The notes under the pieces were generated by a model. It worked only from the letters and a program-made list of their open reading frames with translations. It had not been told where the DNA came from and did not search any database. Of a stretch of 64,000 nucleotides of DNA, positions 48,907 to 62,400 are shown piece after piece. Origin of the DNA: Basidiobolus meristosporus CBS 931.73 (lineage: Eukaryota; Fungi; Basidiobolomycota); NCBI GenBank assembly GCA_002104905.1, contig MCFE01000242.1:53647-117646 (forward strand), in the 5' to 3' direction. The position numbers and the translations under genes are program-made. The first letter of the stretch is position 1; every line of letters starts with the position of its first letter.

Positions 48907-51900
48907 TGTTGCAAGTCTTGATATAAGAGTTGTGGAGAAATAGAGAGCTTAGCTGGCATCACATTCACTAAAACTCAAACTGATCTTTTTTGAAGTTTCA
49001 GCAGCTCCTTATATACACTTTACTAGATCAGTTGCTGACTAATTGTATTTCCTGGTGTAGTTTGTGGCTGATGACTCATCTATTTGCATCAACATCACCC
49101 AATTAGATCCTAAGTAGTGCTTTGTCTATATACTCATCCCTACTACTGATAGCTCCATTTGCATACTTGGTCAGCATTTTTCCAAACAATCCATTAAACT
49201 GCGTAGTGACTACATTAGTACTGTGGTGATGTGTGGAGGATTTCAAGTGTTTGATTTGCTGCATTTCCAGGTATGCTTCAAATGTCTTTGCCATATAGTT
49301 TGCTCTGATATTGGATAAAATCTCTACAGCCCAATCAAACTTCATGAGGAACTCATGATTGATGAAACTTGCAGCTACTTACTCACAGGCTACAGGTGTA
49401 GCTTTAGCCGCTGGCCATTTAGTGGCATGATCAATTACTATTTGGATCCAACAGTTGCATTTCCTGGTGGTTGGCAGTCTTCCAAAATGTCAATTCCCCA
49501 TCTCTCAAATGGTCTCATAGACTCCAAGGGAAAGTGTTCAGCAATTCTCTGTAGTTGGCCTTGGTTGATTTGACAATTTGGGCATGTTTTCACTAGCTTC
49601 TCAATTTCTTGTCTCATTCTGGGCCAACATGCTCTGGCTTTCATAAGGCTATAGGTTCCTTCAATTGCAAGATGCGCATATTCATTGAGTAGTGTATGTA
49701 TTAAGTCCAGGCAAGCAACATAAGGGCAATTGGCAATAGGGCTTCCATGAACAAAGTGGTAGAGTGCTCCATCCTGTACTACAAATTTACCAGCTTTGTC
49801 TCAAATTAACTTTTTGATCTCCTTATCCATGTCATTAGGAAATGGGTCCCCTAAGTACTTTGGCAATAAGCTAGGCCATTCTGATTCATGCACCAAGTTG
49901 AGCAACCTGTTCTAGTCTTGATAAGGCATTAGCAACCTTGTTGTTTTTCCCAGGGCAGTAGAAAATCTCCTAGTCAAATTGCTGAATGTATTCACTCCAT
50001 CTTGTCATTTTTCAGCAGAGCAAGTATACTTGAGTAGGCATGATCAGACTTTACAGTGCACTTGACTCCTTGAATGTAGCATCTCCAGGTCTTCAAGCAG
50101 TGTGTTATGGCAAACATCTCCTTCTAATGCACTAAATAGTTTTACTCTGCGGAGCTCAGTTTCTTGGATTGAATACAACTAGGTAGTCCTTTCCCTCATG
50201 TTCTTGCTCATTACTCCATCAATTGAGTAGTCTGAAGCATCAGTGCACAGAGTTAATTCTTTTCTGAAGTCTGGGATTCATCAGCTTGGCAGCTTAGCAA
50301 TTTCATTCTTGAGCATCTGAAAGGCAGTCTCATGGGCTATTTTCCACTTCATGGTGTTGTCTTACTTGAAAATATCAGTTAAACAGGCTGCAATACTTGT
50401 TAAGGACATGACAAATCTTCAATATTAGGAAACCATTCCAAGGAATGATCTGAGTTCCAATTTCCTGTGGGGCTGCCTCAGATTCTTGATGACTTCAACC
50501 TTGTTGGGGTCTAAGGTCACTCCTGTGCTAGTCACTATGTGTCACAGGTATTTAACATGTTCCTTTAAGAATTTGCACTTTACTTGGTTTGTTGCAATTT
50601 CAGAAGTGATTTGGATTTAAGGGACTTTTCAAGATATAGTGACAATGGTTGAACTGCTGTTTATTCATAAAGAGGATCAGTACTTATACCTTTGTAGAAG
50701 TAATACAGCTATAACAATAAGTACTGAGGGCTTCTTAACATTCAGGAGCTTTCTGTAACAGTTTCATGGTTAATACATAATGTTTGGTAAAATGTGTTAA
50801 TTTGATCTTCACCAGAGGGGAATAATCATAGGATCATAGATGTGCAGAATCTGGCAAAGTTGAGGCTGCAAATAGGTCCTACAGTGACCAAGACTACTAT
50901 AGTGTTGTTAAGTATGTTTTTAGCTGCAGAATGATACCAAATAGTCCAGTAATTCAACATGCTTGACATACAACTTGTTCTCTCTTAGCTTTTTCAAAAC
51001 CTTTTCAATATTCTCCAAGTGCTCCACTTCTGTCTTCCTGTATATCAATATGTCATCTAGGCTGATTACCCCATATTTGTCTAAGTATTTCTGGAAGACA
51101 GTCTGCATCCAGGATATGAATGTTGCAGGGGCATTTGAAAGGTTAAAACTCATGACTAAATACCTGCAATGTCCATATCTGGTCCTAAATGCTGTCTTAG
51201 GGATGACTTCTGGTTTCAACCCAATCTGGTTGTATCCTGACATGAGGTAATCTTGCTGAATATGGTAGCTCCTTTGTGTTGGTCCAAAAGCTTGTCAATT
51301 CAATGTATGGGGTACTTATTATTCACAGTACCTTAGTTGAGGGCTTTATAGTCAATGCACATTGTGAGTGTTCCATCCTTCTTTTTCACAAAAAGTACTG
51401 GTGCTCCCCAAGCTGACTTACTAGGTCTGATATATCCTTGCTCTAGTAACTGATGAAATTGACCCTTCATCTCCCCCCCACTCCAATGGACTCATTCTGT
51501 AAGGTGTCTTACTCATTTCAGGGCTGTCACCTATGTCAATGGCATGATCCATATCACTGACAGAAGGTAGGCTTACAAGTCAATCTGGAAACACTTCTGA
51601 ATGTTCCTTCAAAAGAGTCTGGACTTCTGGGGTGCTGGAGTAGAGGAGTCCTCCTGTAATGCCACCATGAGGTACATATGAGTAGCTTTTTGAAGTGCTC
51701 TACCAAACTGTGTCCTGTTAAGTTCACTTATCTCACACACACTGCAATTGACCAAGCTGATATTCAGTCTGGCAGGTAACAGCTCAAAGGTCTTGTCCTT
51801 CTGGATCTTAGGTGCATGGGTTCTCCAGTTGATTGATGGATTATGACAAAATAGCCATGTTTCTTTCAAGTACAAGGTCAGACCTGCAGTTCCAAGATAT

Positions 51901-53473
51901 AGAGGCTTTCAGGTCTTCTTTATAGTCCTTAATATTTATTCTTACTAGTTAAGTAATATGGTTAATTATGTGAAAGTTTCCATCATCTGTTGAGACTGAA
52001 GGTGAATTGGTGATTTCCAGGTTATTTCCAGCTTACAAAGCAAATTGCTCACATGTACTCATGCAATGATCATGAGTCAAACATGATCTTGGTAGGTACT
52101 CCATTGATTACTTCATTGATGAATATTGGCTTTCCTGAGTTTGAGGCTATTAGGGATAGATATTCTTCTTACATGTGGAAGGTGAATTCTGGGTCCTCTT
52201 CAAGTTCATCCCCCATGTTACTATGCTCAAGGGCTTCAGTTTGGTTGAAGGTTCTTGATGCTGAGGGTAGTACTTTGCAATATGTCCTTGCTGGTGGCAA
52301 TTAATGTTAAGTCCTTACTTCTTACATACTTCTGAGGAGGGGTTCTTCTGCAAAGCATCTATTTCCATTGGCACAGCTTCTACTGTCTTATTTCATAATG
52401 ATTGTAGCCTCTCAGATTAGTCCTTGTGGGATTCCCAGCTCCAAACATAGCCAAGTCATAGTCAATGGCAATCCTGATAGCTTCTTCAATGGTCTGAGGT
52501 CTCCAATAATTCACTTGCTTATAGGTCCTTTCCTTCAGCCCATCAATAAAGTATACAACTTGATCCAAGAGGCCTATTAGTTCAATTTGTCCAAGTAGAC
52601 ATTTAAGCCCACTGATGTATTCTTGAACAATTTGTTTCTGTCTTGGGGCTTTGAGCTTCCTTCTCAGTAATGACTGCTGGTGTGGGGGCTCAACGCATCC
52701 TGAATTCTTGACACAAACTCATCCCAGGTAGAGATAGTAGGCATTCCATCATAGTGGCTGACCTGATCTTGTTGTGGCACCACTATAAAGTTGCATCTGC
52801 TGAGTAAGAAGCTGCATAATGCAACTTGCATTTTGGAGCAATTCCCTCAGCATTGAAAGCTTCTTCAATCTGGAAAAGCCATGTTCCCAGGCTTTCATTG
52901 ACACTACCCTGGTACTAGTAGACCTTCACACAAAAGTGGCTCTTGATAGGGCTTGCTGATTCTTGGCCATGATGGCCATTCCTTGTTGCTATTGGCTAAG
53001 GATCTGTAGTAGCTGTTGCATTTGGACCAGGATTTGCCGCACAGCATTCTTCCATTCTTGATCTTCTGACATCTTGGGGAGGCTTCTGGTTATTGCTGCT
53101 GCCAATGTTACAAGTCTTTATAGAAGAGCTGTAGAGGAATAGGGAGTTTAACTAGTAATGCATTCACTAAAACTTGACATCAACTTTATTGAGGTTCCAG
53201 CAGCTTCTCATATACATTTTGCCAGATAAGTTGCTGACTAATTGTACTTCCTAATGTGGGTTGTTGGTGATGACTCATTTGATTGCATCCTCCTCACCCA
53301 ATTAGTCCTACTTAATATATCTATTTCTGTATGTTAAAGATCTGCTGACTCATCTGCTGACTAATACTATTGAACTGATAGATAACATTGATACACTGTT
53401 AGGCTAAACATAAGATTAATTAATTTGACTAAAAACCGATCTAACTTGAGCATCCAAGCAGTAGATCATAACA
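48907..53473 (-). mobile_element. Ty3/gypsy element C1, degenerate, 4-bp CATG TSD
   Basis: 5' LTR 53106-53473, gag, protease region, RT (SGYNQI..KTAFRTRYGH..SNAPATF..LDDILIY), RNase H, integrase Zn finger (WPRMRQEIEKLVKTCPNCQ) and core. 3' LTR 48907 to about 49112 is truncated by a deletion. CATG at 48903-48906 and 53474-53477 restores the host catatacatggaagtg. Confidence 0.92.
50590..50959 (-). repeat. Solo LTR-B2 inserted in the gypsy C1 RT (TSD tggtt/tgctt)
   Basis: Homologous to LTR-B at 48218; the RT sequence resumes on both sides. Confidence 0.85.
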
Positions 53474-53697
53474 CATGGAAGTGAGTCAAACTAAAAAAGA
53501 TATAGAATTACATATACATTTGTATATGGTGTTACAACAACACTAGTAATGCTTACTCTGGCAGGTCATGATTGAGTCTTTCATTTATGTATGTGCAATG
53601 TCACAAATACCTCAATATCTTAAACTCACATAAGTATTTACAAAAGAACTACATAATAGCATTATGTTGCTGAGTATCAAACTGTTTGCCCCAGGAC

Positions 53698-54044
53698 TGT
53701 TGCAATTTAAGAAGTGATTTTGATATAAGGAACTTATCAAGAAGGAGTGATATTAGTTGAACTGTTGTTTATTAATAAAGAAGCTCAGAATTTATGCCTT
53801 TGTGAAAGTTATACAGCTGTAACAGGATTTCTCAAGATTCAGGAGCATTCTGTAACAATTTCAGGGTGAGTACATAATGTTTAGTAATAGTGCTAATTTG
53901 ATCCTGACTGAAAGCAAATAATCATAAGACCATAAATCTGAAGAAAGTGGCAAAGTTAGAACTGTATATTAGTTTCACAGTGACCAAGACTGTTAAGTAA
54001 ATTTTTAGCTGCTGAATGATACCCAATAGTCCAATATTTTGATA
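53698..54044 (-). repeat. Solo LTR-B3 with a perfect AGGAC TSD at the CACTA-like transposase start
   Basis: aggac at 53693-53697 and 54045-54049. Confidence 0.9.
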
Positions 54045-57000
54045 AGGACAAGACTAGTGTGTGGAAAATATTGGGCCATGCTTCACCTTCTGGAAGCTTC
54101 CTGTGGAGCAGGTGTGTGGGGAGAGAGAAAGACAAGTCAAGTTGCAGATACTATCATATCCCAATATCATCAAGAAAAATCCCTTTAAGTCTGTCATGGA
54201 TGTGATGAGTTGACACATGGAGGACAGCCAGGAAGAGGTGGAAAATACTGAGGACAGATGTACACATGGAGACACCTATGCCAATTGGCATTGAGAAACT
54301 AAGCAGCCCCAATGAATGGGTAGTTAGCTAAATACTGCAAAGTTTGGTTGGGTGTAATAAGCAGCTATTCATATCTGGGACAACTTTACCAAAGTATGCC
54401 AGGTTTCTCCTGGCCATTGCCAGCTTCTATACCATTCATTGTGTAATTCACACAAATGAGAACCAGAGAGCACCTATCAGGGGGTTAGAATCCCGCAGGG
54501 AAAAGGAATAGACTGGTTTAATACCAAGAGGTTCTTTGAGTATGGTCAAGAGGTAATCATGGCAAAAGTGATGGCAACCAAGCATTTGTTTCCTAGATGT
54601 ATATGTGACTAGCAATACAAGGCATATGGTAACTTTGCAAACATCACACTAAAAAGCCATAAAGCTGAAATGATAGAAGTGTGTCAATTGCCCAAACTCC
54701 ATCACATTTTTAACTTGAACTGGCAGTAAAATTAGCCAAATGCTGTTGTGACCCTCTCATAGACTTTGGTAGATGGTGATTAATTCCAAGCTGCTGGTAT
54801 TATAATGGTGTATCAGCAGGATCCAATGGTGTATTCAGACTGGATCTACTCATGGAACCATACTATTTTTTAAAGGGAAAGCTGCAGCTCTCACCAGTTA
54901 TGGTCATTAGCCTAGAGCAGCCAGAGTCCCATAAAAGCCAAGAAGATTAAGCAGTAAGAAAACAGCTGTAGTTTCAACCCTATGAGAGGTAATTGTGAAG
55001 ATCATGCCCAAAGGCTATCACAAAGCTTAAACCCTGTATTCAGTAGTTCTTATGCAGTTGGGACACAACACAAAGTATGTTTAGAAAAAATGCACCCAAT
55101 ATTTAACAAATAACTTGGCCATCTTTTTCATCTGAGCAATACATTAGTGTCTTGTTATTGGTCTCTCAATTTCCTTCACTCACTGACCCAAGAAACTCAC
55201 TCACCTTCAAGGTTTTGTATGATGATTGGCTATTGGTGCTTTTTCACACCACCCACTTCCTAACCCAAATGTTGCTCTTACTTTTCATTCACTCAAATAG
55301 GGTTATTTCCTTTCAATCTTCAGTTGTAACTTGATTTCTGATTGAATTGATCTATAAAAGTACCTATAGACAAAACTAAAATCAACCTCAACTTCACACT
55401 TGAAATTAATGCCACTATAATCCACCATTCAATAAGTATCTCTTCTATAAAACCCATTTCCCATGACTTTGACAGGAACCCATGCTTTACACTGTTGTTC
55501 ACTCACTGGTTCCCACACATTTTGGTATTCAGCTGGTGCACCAATATCTAGTGCCTCATCATCTTATTTTTCAAATGTATAAATTGATTTATTTTGATTG
55601 AAGCTTCATTTGTAACTCAATTGTTAATTGAATTGATCAATACAAGTCCCACTCAACACTAAAATTATGCTCAGCCCCATGCTCTAAAAGTAACCCCCTC
55701 AGAATCCTTTTTTTATTAAGTACTTCAGCTGTCACATGCTTTCTCCATGAATTTGGCAGCAACCCTCTAGCTTAATGCCCTGTTCATTCACTGGTTCCCA
55801 TACATCCCAGCCTTCAGCCAGCTCTGCAATGTCTAACACCTCATTTGTCAGTCTTTTCAATAAATCCTTCCAATGTTTAAGTATACTTTCTCTAGCACTG
55901 CCCCTGAAGCAGTGCTGCAACCTCTTGGTGTGCCTATAAATGTTCCAAACCTCACTGTAAGCATTGTGATGGTTTTTGAGTTCTTGGCATTGTTACTTTG
56001 CCTGTCAAAAGGATCTCCACTCTGTCTACAATGATGGATGTGGAGGCAGTGCTAGGCTGATTGCTTTCTCTGCAAAACCATCTACCTCACTGGAATGTAG
56101 CTCAACTTGCTGTGCTTTTGATTCTTTGGAAAATAGCTTTGGTCTTGTTGGCAATTGTTTTTGCTATAATGAGATTCAGCCAGCTCTGAGCAATGTGGTT
56201 GAATAGTGAAAACTGGAGCTTTTTTGTATGGTTCCCTGTGACTGGCTTAAGTGGTCCTTTTCTCTTCACCCTTATCTTCAAACCACTGGGTCCTTAACTG
56301 CTACTTTGAATGAGTTCTTCTTGTTTTGTACACTGTTTTCTCCATGATAAATGTGGCACATGTGGATCTGTGTTTGACTGTTTGTACCTTGCTGGCACTC
56401 TCTGGGCAACATGATGTTTGTTTGCTGCTTGTTCTGCACTTTTAGCCCTGATTGTAGTAGGCTCCTAAGACTGATGAATGATGTGATGTACTGGCTAGAG
56501 AAGTGGTGTGTTTCCATAAATATTGATAAAGGGGGTTCTGAAGATATGCTGCTACATCTAGCCAGAATTATTCCCAAATGTAACTTACAATGTATATGGT
56601 ACCAGTGGACAGCCATCATGCAGTTGGGAACAAATGCCCCAGGCCCCATCTGGATACCAGCATTTGTTGGCAGTTGTATGGCATTCCCCACAGAAAATCC
56701 CACCATTGTAAGATGTCCAACTTGTCAGAAATCCACCATCAGTGGCGGAAAACATTGTTCACACTGCAGATATATTCCAGTGACACCCTGTCCAAAGAAC
56801 CTCATGCAGTCCTACAAATATTTTGAAGCTATGCTGTACTGCACTCAGTGTCAATAAAGTGCTAACATTTCCAATGTATTTGATATCACACTAAAAGCAA
56901 CTAAGAAACAAGGGCTACTCTGAAGATATAAATAACTATGCCTTTGCCTAAGCAATTGATAGCCACTCATCAAGCATGTGCTGTGCCAGCAAATCTTGCC

Positions 57001-57999
57001 GGCCACCAATTCCTATCAACCTGAGTCTTCCACCTATATGACAATATCAGAGCAGATATCAGAATGTAGTCTCATTTGTATTTTGCTTAGATTACGGTCT
57101 AATCTAGATAGCTACTGTATCCTTTGCTGCATGTTTTTGTATGCTTTCCAGTGGCATAGAGCTCAATGGTCAATAAACTTTAGAGCATATTATTATATGC
57201 GTAGGAGATACCCCTGCCATCAGCAAGATAGCTGGGTGTTCAGGCACAATGGACAAGCTAGCTGACATTTTGAGGTAGAAAGGATGGTATTACTGTCAAA
57301 TGTTTGAGAACTAAGGGATTTACTGCATTACTCATACACATTATTATCAACCACACTCCAACACTAAGATCATCATATTTCCACCAAGAAAATGCACAGA
57401 AGTCAGCATGCATTTGCAGCACAGTTGGTAAGCTATAAGCCATTGGCCAGAGTATGGGATTTATTAGAAACCAGAGTCATTTAAAGTGCAGGGTATCTGT
57501 TGGGGCAAAAGCTTTCCACTGGGAGCAATGCATTTGCTTTGCACTTCAACCTTTTACTAATTGCCAGGTAGAATAGGGCCTTTGAGATACTCAAGATATT
57601 CAAAAGTAATGATTAGAAAGTAGATAGTATTTGCTAACCATAATATTTGTCATAGGCTCCAAGCACTATTGATATGCATTCTCCAAAATAAAAGTTCAAG
57701 GACTGGTTGAACTGGATAGGCATTACTCAAAGTGGCATTTTGAAGCCATTTTTACCAAGAGTATATTGGAAGCATTGAGAGTCATATATTGATATTCTAG
57801 GAGCATTTATGCAGAATTCAATCACTAATGCCAACTAGTTGCTTCTAAAGCTTTGTGCTATGAGTCTGTAATATGATTTGAGCAGCTATACTACAAACAT
57901 AAAACTGAATGCATAGATCTCTGCTACTACTGTATCCATTCTCTACCTTATCTTTCTTGGTGCGTTGAAAGAGTACTAGTCGTTTAGCATGAACAATAT

Positions 58000-59023
58000 T
58001 GCCTATCTAAAAATGCAGTAGATAAAACATTTGCAAATGTTGGCATCTCACTGTATATCTATTAGAGTCACTGAGTGGCTTAATGGACTAATTGGAGAAA
58101 TACTGGCTAAGTATGCATATGGAGCTCTAAGCAGATGGGACAAGTATATTGACCACACACTGTTTACCTGCAGAGGTAGAAAACAGCATAATCCAAGAAT
58201 TGCCATTTTACTTAATGTGGAGATGTGAGCCAAGGATTCCAGGAGATCCTATTAAGCCAAGACTCACAGAGAACATGAGGAATGAACTATATCAGCCTAT
58301 TAGACACCAGTAAATAACAGATACAGAAACATCAGGAGGTACAAGCAAAGATCTCTCACAGTGCAGAAAAGATTAAGCAGAGATTTGGTAAGAATTTGTC
58401 ATCAGAGACTTTGACAACTGGAGAGTTTCTATTGTCAAGAAATAACACTTGGAACTGGTTAGAGCCACCATGGACAGGACCATTCAAGAGCATCAGGGAA
58501 TGTCCAATTGAAACTTACCAAACAGTGGACAACCAAGGAAATATCCAAGAAGATCTATTTCATAGAGACATACTCATGTTTGCAAGACTTGCTGACTATG
58601 ATGTGCCATCATGCTACTGGTACCACAAGAAAACAGATGTAGGAGACCCCCCTCAGTCTTAGTAGAGATGAATGTCACAATCTGACCATTGAGTATCCAC
58701 ATTAGACAATTTTCAACCAAATCAATTAGTTGTATGCGTAGCATATATCTATATCAATATTTTCTATTAAAACAGTAGTGGTCAGGAAGTAAAGTAGTTC
58801 CATATCAGACAGCAGCAGATAAATTGTGTAAGATCTAATTGTGTGATGATGATGCATTCAAATGACAGCCTACATTAGGATATGCAATGGGTCAGCAATT
58901 GATCTGGCAAAATGCACACAAGAAGCTGCTGGAACCCCAACAAAGATTAGTTCAGGCTTTAGTGAATGCCATACTAGCTGAAATCTCCATATCTCTATAA
59001 CTCTTTTATCCCAACTTTTAATA
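58000..59023 (+). mobile_element. Gypsy family C fragment in the opposite orientation (integrase C-terminus, PPT, 3' LTR 58673 to about 59023)
   Basis: TEWLNGLIGEILAKYA..WDKYIDHTLFTCR, EPPWTGPF, PPT-like cttagtagagatgaa, and an LTR homologous to LTR-C. Confidence 0.8.
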
Positions 59024-59029
59024 AGATCA

Positions 59030-59360
59030 CAATTGGGACTACAGAGCATAAGTACATAGCTTAGTGAGAGTGCTGAACAACTTGAAGTACTGCCTAAACA
59101 TTCACCCTACTTGGTCACCTATATCATTACCTACCAATACCACAGAATACTGACTGAATTTCTTATTAGGATCTATCTAGAATACTTTTGCCATAACATT
59201 AGGTACCTGGATCATGAGAATTTAAAAGGTAATCCAAAATGTCCTAAACTTTGGGTACATATGTTTAGGACCTTCATGAGCATATCTTTGTGCTACTTTT
59301 ACAAAGATAATTACAAAGTACAAGTACTACTTTTGCATGTGATAGATCATTAAGTAACAT
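59030..59360 (+). repeat. Old copia family-A 3' end remnant (RNase H tail, PPT, degenerate LTR from 59071)
   Basis: cttagtgagag|tgctgaacaa..cctaaacattcaccctacttggtcacc..gaatactgac aligns with gctgagtgggag|tgttgtaaaa..cctaaatattcacctaacttagtcac..gaatactgac. Confidence 0.65.
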
Positions 59361-59417
59361 TTGGAGGGGGGTTCTTCTTTCTTTAGGGGGAAGGTTTCAG
59401 GTTATTGCCGCTACCAT

Positions 59418-62400
59418 TGTTACAAGTCTTGAAATAAAGTTGTAGAGGAATAGTGAGTTTGGCTAGTATTGCATTCACCAAAACCTGAACCAATTTTCAT
59501 TGAGGTTCCAGCAGCTCCTAGTATACATTTTGCCATATCAGTTACTGACTAATTGTATTTCTTAATGTAGGCTGTGTCTGATGACTTATTAATTGCATCA
59601 TCATCACCCAAATTAGATCCTATTTACTATATCTGTTGCTGTCTAATAAGGATCATGTATTCATATGCAGACTGATACTTCTGATTTGCTAGAAAACACT
59701 GATTAGTATTGGACCAAACATAAAAATAACTGATTTGACTGAATGCTGATGTTACATAAATATTCAAGCAGTGGATCATTATTGGCTCCCCTACTATAGC
59801 TGAGAGGGCTCTCCCAAGTTTCCTTTCTTAGGATACTAATATCTAAGTGCTTCAAGATTGCAAGTAAGTCAGGCCAACTTGAGTCTGTCTCTGTGAACTA
59901 GAGCTTCTTGGAAGTTCCCTTGCTAGTCCACTACCTGGTAAGTTGCAAATGCACATTTTCTGATGATCTTGAGCAGTCCTGACCATTGTGGCACATACTT
60001 CTTTCAAATGTTGTGTCTCAGCAGTACAAAATTTGCAACTGTCAATGCCTCTGGTGAAGTAGTCTTATCAAATTGTGACTTCAACTTTTCTGCACTTTGA
60101 GATACTTTGGCCTGTACCTCTTGACATATTTGTTCCAGTTACTGGTGTCTACATGGCTGGCTAAGTTCATCTTCTAAGGCATCAGCAAGCTTTGGCTTTG
60201 CAAGAACTCCTGGAATTCTTGGTTCATATTCATACATCAAGAAAATGCAGTTTTTTGGTGATGTTATGCACTCTTACTCTGCAGGCTAATAGTGCTTGAG
60301 CTATATCATAATCCCATCTCCTGGCAGCTCCTTTTGCATACTTAGTTGGCATTCTCCCAAGTAATCCATTACACTGCTGAATGACTCCATCAGTTCCAGG
60401 GTGATATGTCAAGGTTTTTAAGTTTTTGATCTGCTGCATTTCCAGGTAAACTTTCAGTATCTTTGCCACAGAGTTTACTCTTCTATCAGATAATATTTCT
60501 ACAGAGCATCCAAACATCATCACAATCATGTGGTAGATGAAACTTGAAGCTTCTTGCTCACTAGCTTTAGCAACTGATCATTTAGTAATAAAGTCAATTA
60601 CTACTAGCATCCTATGGTTGCATTTCCTGGTGGTTGGCAGCCTTCTAACAAAGTCAGTTCACCATTTCCCAGATGGTCCTACAGGCTTCTGTTGCAATTT
60701 AAGAAGTGATTAGGATAAACAGTACATATCAAGAAATAGTGATATAGTTGCACTCTTCCTTATTCATAAAGAGCTCAGTATTGATGCCCTAGTAGAAGTT
60801 GTACAGCTTTAACATCAAGAAATGGGGGCTTTTCAACATTCAGGAGCATTATGAAACAGTTTCAAGGTTAGTACAACATGTTTGGTAAAAGTGCTGATAT
60901 GATCTTCACTATAGAGAAATAACCATAGGATTATAGACATTAAGAAAGTGGTAAAGTTAGGGCTGTTAATTAGTCCTTCAGTGACCAGGACTAGTCCAGA
61001 ATTTTTAAGTAATTTTTTGCAGCTGAACAATACCAAATAGTCCAATATTTCAACAGCTCCAAGGGAAAGAGTTTGGCAGTTCTTGGTAAATGGCCTTGGT
61101 TGATTTGGCAACTTGGGCATGTTTTCACCAGCTTTTCAATATTTTGTTTCATTCTGGGCAACCATGCCCTGACTTTTGCAAGGCTAAGGGTTTGTTAAGT
61201 TCAAGGATATTCCTATGAATTGTGTATTGTAAGTATCAAAGACAGGCATGTGACATAAGGGCAATAGACAATAGGGCTTCCATCAACAATTTTGTAGAGT
61301 GCTTCATCCTGCACTGCAAAGTTGCTGGCTTCATCCTCAACTAACTTCTTTTTGTGGTCATTCACCTCATTAGGAATGGCTTGGTCCCCTAAGTACTTTG
61401 GTAATAAGCTAGGCCAATCTGATTCATGCACCAAGCTAAGTTGTACAACTTGTTTGTGTCTTGATAAGGCATCAGTACCCATGTTGTTTTTCTCTGAGCA
61501 GTGCACAATCTCCAAATCAAATTGCTGAATGTATTCACTCTATCATGACACTCTTTTGGATAGTACCTTCTGAGTAAATGTATACTTCAGCAAGCTGAGA
61601 TCAGTACTCACAGAGCATTTGACTCCTTCAATGTAGCATCACTATGTCTTCAAGCAGTGTATCATTGCCAGCATCTCCTTCTCATGCACTGGATAGTTTT
61701 GTTTTACTGAGTTCAGTTTCTTGGGCTCAAAAGCAACTGGGTAGTCCTTTCCCACATGTTCTGGGCTCAATACTCCACTAATTGCATAATCAAAACCATC
61801 TGTGCACAGTGTAAACTCTATTCTGAAGTCTGAGATTCTAAAGCTTGGCAGCTCAGCAATTTCATTCTTCAGCATCTGAAAGGCAGTATTGCAGGCTATG
61901 TCCTACTTGTATGTGTTTTATTTCTTGAGGATATCAGTTAAAGGGGCTGCAATACTTGCTAAGGACTTGACATATTTCCAATAATGGGAAACCATTCCAA
62001 GGAATGATCTGAATTCTATAAGCTATGCAGCTACTTCATATTCTCAATGAGTTCAGCCTTCTTGGGGCCAAAATTTACCCTGTGCTAGTTGCTATATGTC
62101 CCAGATATTCAACATGTTCTTTGAAGAACTCATGATTTACTAGCTTGCCATATAGCTTGTTCTCTCTTAGCTTCTTTAAGACCTTTTCAATGTGTGGCAA
62201 GTAGTCCTCCTCTGTCTTGTTGATTATCAATATGCTATCTAGGTGTATTATTCAATGTTTACCAAGTGATATTCTTCTGTGTTGCTGTATATCAATATGT
62301 CATATAGGTAGATTACCATAATCCTGTCTAAGTACTCCTGGACAACAGTTTGCATCAACATGATGAATGTTGCAGGGGCTTTGGTGAGACCAGAACTCAT

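Larger units (their letters stand above)
48587..57990. mobile_element. Second stretch of the CACTA-like array (at least 2 deleted units), interrupted by gypsy C1, solo LTR B3 and an unassigned ~0.9-kb insert
   Basis: ORF2 5' part and promoter (48587-48906, 53474-53697), transposase start and 3' part (54045-54690), ORF2 3' part (54780-54870, 55740-56400), transposase middle (56430-57990). All align by eye with 32319-39105. Confidence 0.75.
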
